A stretch of 64,000 nucleotides of DNA from an uncultured candidate division Zixibacteria bacterium (lineage in GTDB: Bacteria > Zixibacteria > MSB-5A5 > GN15 > FEB-12). This document shows positions 58,638 to 64,000 of the stretch, piece after piece. The stretch spans positions 416,001-480,000 of the forward strand of contig CAWDXE010000004.1 in assembly GCA_963806185.1 (NCBI GenBank), in the 5' to 3' direction. The number at the start of each line of letters is the position of its first letter. The first letter of the stretch is position 1. The notes beneath the pieces are model-generated. The model saw only the letters and a list, made by a program, of their open reading frames with translations. It was not told the DNA's origin and did not search any database. The position numbers were made by a program, and so were the translations under genes.

Positions 58638-60533
58638 TTATCCGCAGGTCAACAGCGATCCACCGAGGAACATGTAGGCGATCAGCACAGTCAGATCGCC
58701 GATATCAAGGCTACCGACTCCATCCACGTTTGCCGAGGCTTCATTGGGAGGTGTCGGGCCGTTCAGGAAAAGAAAGGACACAAGATACGTCAGATCACTG
58801 ATATCGGGGCCTATTCCGTTGTTGTCTACGTCGCCCGGGCGACACGTAATCACGTAGCCGTCCACCAGTGTCGGCAAATACTCTCCGGCATGTGTCCAAT
58901 GCGTGGGGAAAAACCCGCTGAAGCTAGTCACCTTAACCTCGTTAGTGACCCCCTTAGGGGCGCTCGACGGAACCTTCAGGAAAAACTTGAGTACGGGTCC
59001 GCTCCCCGGAGGTAGCGCTCCACCTGGGCCGGTCGTGAAATCGTAGGTGTACGTATACCGTTTGTTCCCGACATCCAGACCGGAAAGCACCTTTGCATAG
59101 CCGCTGGTGCGAAGACCGGCATCGGAAACTGAATCCAAGGTCATATTCAGTGGGCCCGCGAAGGTGAATGGCAGCATCAACCCGGTCAACGGCAAGTGGT
59201 TGTCGGCAGTTATGGAAATCTGCACATGCTGTCCCGGAGTTGCCTGCACATGGGACGTGATCAACGTATCCATGTACGCTGACACGGCGCCATCCTTTTG
59301 CGTAGAGAAGGGACCGTCAGTCGTCTGAGCCGTGCAGGTGACGGTGTAATATCCAGGCGCAATGTATTCGTGGGTCGGATTCTGATCTGTGGAAGTGCCG
59401 CCGTCGCCAAAATCCCAGAGCCAACCCGTTGCCGTGCGCGGCGTGCTGCCGGCAAAACTGACCGTGATCGGTACGGGGCCAAACGCGTTGGCGGCAGTAA
59501 ACGTCACGCCGTACATCCAACTCTGAAGTTCAGTATTCGTCCAACAGTGCATGCGACCGGATTGCTGAGCCGAAAATTCGGAATAGCATGATGACGGAGC
59601 ATAACCCATGTAATTCTGCGGGTCAGTGGGACCCCAGAGTTGACCGCTGCACGGATCGGTTCCCCCCGGCCCGCCACAGCTGTAATTGGTGGGCGTCGGA
59701 TCGGTATCAGAGCACCAGTCCCAGACCGCGTCGCGATTGGAAGCGCCCGGTGATTCGTAACACGATCCACACTGGGTGGCTTCGCTTACGCCCGCCTGCG
59801 TGTGCAGAAGGCCGAGACAATGGCCGGTCTCGTGCGTGAGCGTGCCAAAATCGTAAGGGGCGAACATGACCCGGGCCATGACAATACCGCCGGTGCTCAA
59901 CAGAGCGTCGACGTCCCACGGGAAGTTTCCGTACGAATAGGTCACCGTCTGCCCGTTTATTACGTCGGTATTGCTGTACACTACATACACGTTCATTTGC
60001 GAATCAGGCTTCACGGCGAGATTGGCCTTCATCGACTCACCTTCATTCCGCGACGTGATCACTCGGAAATTCGTTGAGTTGTCGTACTTCCAGGAGTACT
60101 CGAACTGGATTCGATACGGAAGGTAATCGGCATTCATCGTATCCATGGCATTCGCCAGATCAGCCGGTGTACACGCCGCACCGCTGCCGTCATCATTTCG
60201 CAGGATGTGGAAGAACACCCGAAAGTAGGTGATCGGATCCGACGGACCCGGGATGTACGAATCGCGCATCGCCGCACCGTCGCATGGTCCCTCGGGAGCG
60301 CAAGCGGCCGCATCAGTCGCTCCATGCGGGGCCATCATGCGATCAGCCAGCCAGAATTCTTCCGTTCGGCACCAACTTGACCCGCGGGCCGGTATGGAAT
60401 CCGACTGCGCGCGTACCGTCTCGCCAACAACAATTAGTAACGCCGCTGAAAGCACCGTGACGGCAACTACTTTTGGCAAGCTATTGATCAGCTTCCCCAA
60501 TAGTGTGCTCTCTCTCATGTCCGTCCTTTCCAA
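58638..60533 (-). CDS. M43 (pappalysin/ulilysin-like) metalloprotease with PKD, cohesin-like and dockerin-like domains
   Basis: HETGHCLGLLHT, DWCSDT, NYMGY; WDFGDG PKD; C-terminal GDVDNNGIGPDISDL...ANVDGVGSLDIGDL. Confidence 0.88.
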   Translation of the reverse strand: MERTDMRESTLLGKLINSLPKVVAVTVLSAALLIVVGETVRAQSDSIPARGSSWCRTEEFWLADRMMAPHGATDAAACAPEGPCDGAAMRDSYIPGPSDPITYFRVFFHILRNDDGSGAACTPADLANAMDTMNADYLPYRIQFEYSWKYDNSTNFRVITSRNEGESMKANLAVKPDSQMNVYVVYSNTDVINGQTVTYSYGNFPWDVDALLSTGGIVMARVMFAPYDFGTLTHETGHCLGLLHTQAGVSEATQCGSCYESPGASNRDAVWDWCSDTDPTPTNYSCGGPGGTDPCSGQLWGPTDPQNYMGYAPSSCYSEFSAQQSGRMHCWTNTELQSWMYGVTFTAANAFGPVPITVSFAGSTPRTATGWLWDFGDGGTSTDQNPTHEYIAPGYYTVTCTAQTTDGPFSTQKDGAVSAYMDTLITSHVQATPGQHVQISITADNHLPLTGLMLPFTFAGPLNMTLDSVSDAGLRTSGYAKVLSGLDVGNKRYTYTYDFTTGPGGALPPGSGPVLKFFLKVPSSAPKGVTNEVKVTSFSGFFPTHWTHAGEYLPTLVDGYVITCRPGDVDNNGIGPDISDLTYLVSFLFLNGPTPPNEASANVDGVGSLDIGDLTVLIAYMFLGGSLLTCG

Positions 60534-60775
60534 TTTTCTGAATTTCAGAATTTGCAGTCAATGGCAAGTCAAGGGTGAGGGTACTCCAGTTCAAATATAT
60601 GGAACTATGCAAAAAAGGCAAGGCAAAATTCGGGATAATTGCTTGTCCCCCAAATCGTAAGCCCTCCTCGATGGTGTTTTTTTGCTTTACATGGACGCCC
60701 ACCCGCCGCTCTATTGTCGGCGATTACTTAGAACGGCAAGAAGATACATTTGCATTCACTTATGGAGGGCTCCAA

Positions 60776-61531
60776 ATGATCGATTTGAGCGCAAAAACTG
60801 CGATTATCACCGGTGGATCGCGGGGCATTGGCGCGGCCACCGCTCGCCTTTTCGCCCAGTTCGGATGCCGAGTCCTCATCGACTACCATACCAACGAGGC
60901 GGCAGCAGCGGAAACCGTGCGCCAAATACGACAGCTTGGTCAGACGGCCGAGACTTTTCGTGCCGACGTATCAAATCTAGTTCAGTGTCAAGCCTTGGCC
61001 AAACGCTGCATTAAACTTTGGGGTCAGATAGATATCCTGGTCAACAACGCCGGCATCTGGGAAGAGGCCCGGATCGAGACCTTGACGGAGGTACAGCTTC
61101 GCAAAATGGTTGACTGCAATCTGTTCGGCCTGTTCTTCCCAACCATGGCGGTTGTGCCGCACATGATAAAGAGGCAATCAGGAATCATCGTCAACATTTC
61201 GTCCACCGCCGGACAGAGGGGAGAGACAAATCATTCTCATTACGCGGCCACCAAAGGAGCAGTGATCAGCGCCACAAAATCCTGGGCGACAGAATTGATC
61301 GACGACAACATACGGGTGAATTGCGTTGCCCCGGGATGGGTGGATACCGAAATGAGCGAAGAGGCACTTAACTCTCCCGATCGAGACCGCCATCTGCGTC
61401 TCATACCTCTGGGCCGCCCCGCCACCCCTGACGAAATAGCCAATGCGGTGCTCTATCTTGCTTCGGACGCTTCTTCTTTCGTCGTTGGCGAGATTCTCAA
61501 TGTCAATGGCGGCGCGGTTCTCTGCGGATGA
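60776..61531 (+). CDS. SDR family oxidoreductase (FabG-like)
   Basis: TGGSRGIG, NNAG, YAATK; GGAGG RBS before ATG 60776. Confidence 0.92.
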   Translation: MIDLSAKTAIITGGSRGIGAATARLFAQFGCRVLIDYHTNEAAAAETVRQIRQLGQTAETFRADVSNLVQCQALAKRCIKLWGQIDILVNNAGIWEEARIETLTEVQLRKMVDCNLFGLFFPTMAVVPHMIKRQSGIIVNISSTAGQRGETNHSHYAATKGAVISATKSWATELIDDNIRVNCVAPGWVDTEMSEEALNSPDRDRHLRLIPLGRPATPDEIANAVLYLASDASSFVVGEILNVNGGAVLCG

Positions 61532-61544
61532 TGCACATAATGAT

Positions 61545-61572
61545 AACCCCCGCGCCATGCCGCGTGGGGGTT
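61545..61572. terminator. Hairpin between convergent genes
   Basis: AACCCCCGCG-CCATGC-CGCGTGGGGGTT. Confidence 0.55.
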
Positions 61573-61628
61573 AACCAATTCGAATACGTCCGGCGGAACT
61601 GCGCCTTCCTATCCCTCCGTTTGAAGAC

Positions 61629-63083
61629 TCAATTCAGATCGGGGTCTTTGAGCTCAATCGATGTGATCGGTCCAAAATCATCGAGCGGCTTCTCGAACTC
61701 AGACGGTTTTCCGACTACCACGTAGGTCATCGCCGAAGGCGTAAGGTATTTCTGCGCGGCCACCTTGATGTCGTCCTGCGTGACTTTCCGATAGTTGTCC
61801 AGGTATGAGGCGTAAAAGTCAGGTGGCCAGCCATCATATTCCAGGGCCATCAGATTGCGCACAATTTTGCCGGCATTATCGAAGTTGAATACCAGCCGGT
61901 TGGTCGCTGCATCCCTGGCCTCCTGCAGTTCCTGATCCGTCACACCCTGATCATGTATCTTGGCGATTTCTTCGGAAATGATCGCAATCGCTTTGTGCGC
62001 GGTTGCCGCCTTGGTCTGACAGAACGCGTTGAAGGTGCCGAAGTCGCGCTGATCAACATCGAATTGTGATCCCGTCCGATAGGCCAGCCCTTCATCCGAT
62101 CGAACTCGCGACGTAAGTCTCGACGTAAACGACCCGCCGCCGAGTATATAATTGAGCAACTGGATGGCATAGCGATCCGGATTATCACGCTTGATGCCCA
62201 ATTGTCCAATCATGATATAGGCCTGATTGATCTCTTTGGGCACTAGGTAAACGCCCGGATGCTGGGCAACCTGCACCGGGGGAGTAACCATAGGGGCCGC
62301 GGCTGATCTCGGCCAATCTCCGAAAACCTGCTTTAGCTGCGCGAGGACATCCGCTTTGGAGAAGTCACCGGAGATACCCAGCATGATGTTGTTCGGGTGG
62401 AAGTAACGGGCGTGATAGTCATTCAGGTCCTGAACCGTCACCGCCTTGATCGTCGACCAATCCATAACCCGGCCGTACGGATGATCGCCATACAGGATAT
62501 TGGAGAACGTTCGTCCCACCACGCCATTCGGCTCGTCATTGCGCCGCTTGATCATGTTTTTGACGTCGTTCTTCGCCAGATCGAGCTTGTCCTGCGGAAA
62601 GGCTGGATGTCGAAGCAGGTCGGCGAGCAGCGTCAGACCGATCACCCGATCCTTTGCCATTACGCCCAGCGTCGCCGAACCGCTTTCCATCCCGATTCGA
62701 GTTTCAAGGGTGCCGCCCATGAATTCCATGAGATTGTTGAGCGAGTCGCCTGATACGGTCGTCGTCCCGCCGGTACGCATCACCGTCCCGACCAGGTCCG
62801 AAAGTCCCGTCTTTTCAGACGCGTCGGCGATGGCACCGCAGCGAATCATGGCCTGGACATTGAATACCGGCAGGCGATGATCTTCGTACAGGTAGATCAC
62901 CATCCCGTTGTCCAGCACGATCCGCTCGACATCTTTTCCGACCTGCGGAATGGTCAGGGAGATGGGGGAGGCGGACAACTTGGTGATGATCTTCGAGCCC
63001 GGCGATTTGGCAACATCGCCCTGGGCCGCGGTCGATATCGCCAGCGCGGTGATGATACCCATTGTTACTATGTATTTTTTCAT
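61629..63083 (-). CDS. M16 non-catalytic subunit (second pair)
   Basis: Signal peptide; LDNGMVIYLYEDH; no HxxEH; RSDEGLAY. Confidence 0.88.
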   Translation of the reverse strand: MKKYIVTMGIITALAISTAAQGDVAKSPGSKIITKLSASPISLTIPQVGKDVERIVLDNGMVIYLYEDHRLPVFNVQAMIRCGAIADASEKTGLSDLVGTVMRTGGTTTVSGDSLNNLMEFMGGTLETRIGMESGSATLGVMAKDRVIGLTLLADLLRHPAFPQDKLDLAKNDVKNMIKRRNDEPNGVVGRTFSNILYGDHPYGRVMDWSTIKAVTVQDLNDYHARYFHPNNIMLGISGDFSKADVLAQLKQVFGDWPRSAAAPMVTPPVQVAQHPGVYLVPKEINQAYIMIGQLGIKRDNPDRYAIQLLNYILGGGSFTSRLTSRVRSDEGLAYRTGSQFDVDQRDFGTFNAFCQTKAATAHKAIAIISEEIAKIHDQGVTDQELQEARDAATNRLVFNFDNAGKIVRNLMALEYDGWPPDFYASYLDNYRKVTQDDIKVAAQKYLTPSAMTYVVVGKPSEFEKPLDDFGPITSIELKDPDLN

Positions 63084-63100
63084 GTTTCTTTTCTCCCTGC

Positions 63101-64000
63101 TCAATTGGGGCGTCCCACGGGTGCGGAGGCGGGCTGCTCGGCGACCCGTTCCTTTGTCCCGGCCGTCTTGACAATGTACGCTACCGTACGATTACGCTTC
63201 ACCAGATACTGGGTGACCACGCGCTTCACATCGTCCGCAGTGACTCTCTTCACCGCCTCATTCCGGTCGATGAACGTGCGCCAGTTACCCGATGCGCTCT
63301 CACTTGATGCCAGGCGCATGGCCAGGCCATTGTTCGATTCCAGTGATCGGGTGAACTGTGCGTCAATCTGATTGCGGACCTTCTGCAGTTCCCACTCTGT
63401 CACCGGTTCAGTCTTCAACCGTTCAATTTCGGCGTAGATTGCCTCTTCAAGCTCGCCCACAGTATGAGTACCGTAGGGAGTGAGCTGGCAATAAAACGTA
63501 CTAGGATAACGGGCGTAGTCGACGTCGGCCGACGCATTGCCAAGTTTCTTTTCCCGAATATTGTGATAGAATCGGCTGGTGCGACCGTTGGACAACAAAG
63601 CGGCCGCAACCTGTAGGGCCGGAAGATCCGGATGTCCCATAGCCGGCGTTGCCCAGGTAACGAAGGCCATGGGATTGGCGTCGTATTCGACTTCGATGCG
63701 ACGTTCTCCCATGTGCGGGGCGTCGACGGTGACCACGGGCTTGGGCAGAGGTTGAGGGGGGATGGCGGCAAAGTACCGGTCGCAGAGTTTGAACACTTCC
63801 TCAGCATTGACATCTCCGACAATCGCCGCGACGGCATTTGAGGGCGAATAGTGGGAGCGAAAATAATCTTCGACGTCCTCACGCAGGACGGTGTGTAGAT
63901 CGCTCATCCAACCGACAACCGGCCATTTATACGGTGAGGCCCAGAAAGTCGCTGCCGACACGGCCTCGTCCAGTCGACCGCGCGCCTGATTCTCCACGCT
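63101..64000 (-). CDS. M16 peptidase, C-terminal part (5' end outside the window)
   Basis: PYKWPVVG, YSPSNAVAAIVGD, RTSRFY; similar to 31031-32527. Confidence 0.85.
   Translation of the reverse strand, partial: SVENQARGRLDEAVSAATFWASPYKWPVVGWMSDLHTVLREDVEDYFRSHYSPSNAVAAIVGDVNAEEVFKLCDRYFAAIPPQPLPKPVVTVDAPHMGERRIEVEYDANPMAFVTWATPAMGHPDLPALQVAAALLSNGRTSRFYHNIREKKLGNASADVDYARYPSTFYCQLTPYGTHTVGELEEAIYAEIERLKTEPVTEWELQKVRNQIDAQFTRSLESNNGLAMRLASSESASGNWRTFIDRNEAVKRVTADDVKRVVTQYLVKRNRTVAYIVKTAGTKERVAEQPASAPVGRPN

Noticed and set aside
1..64000. CRISPR array, rRNA, IS elements, known riboswitches
   Set aside because: No spaced repeats, transposase motifs or recognisable Rfam consensus seen by eye; an Infernal scan is needed to be definitive

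Overview
GC-rich bacterial chromosomal segment with about 38 CDS and one tRNA-Leu(TAA). It has no rRNA, CRISPR array, transposase or prophage. The mix of T9SS/FlgD-type C-terminal domains, C-terminal dockerin-like domains and an MtrAB-type cluster suggests an FCB-group uncultured lineage such as Zixibacteria (inference). Main contents: (1) a three-gene porin-cytochrome conduit (decaheme, beta-barrel, lipoprotein multiheme cytochrome) with two non-canonical heme motifs. (2) A dense secreted or periplasmic proteolytic set (two S8, M43, M28, an HExxH metalloprotease, two M16 pairs) plus cytoplasmic M29 and glutamate dehydrogenase. Two of these proteases end in dockerin-like domains, and one also has a cohesin-like domain. 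(3) Three tandem paralogs of an uncharacterised ~850-aa secreted family. (4) Housekeeping genes (xerD, comF, glgP, pfkA, pcm, cheW). Reading the intergenic DNA shows four sigma28-like promoters (cheW, divergent glgP and pfkA, and the dockerin-bearing S8 protease) and a thrice-repeated ECF-like promoter motif. Two genes carry apparent single-base frameshifts. All calls are by motif recognition; no searches were run.
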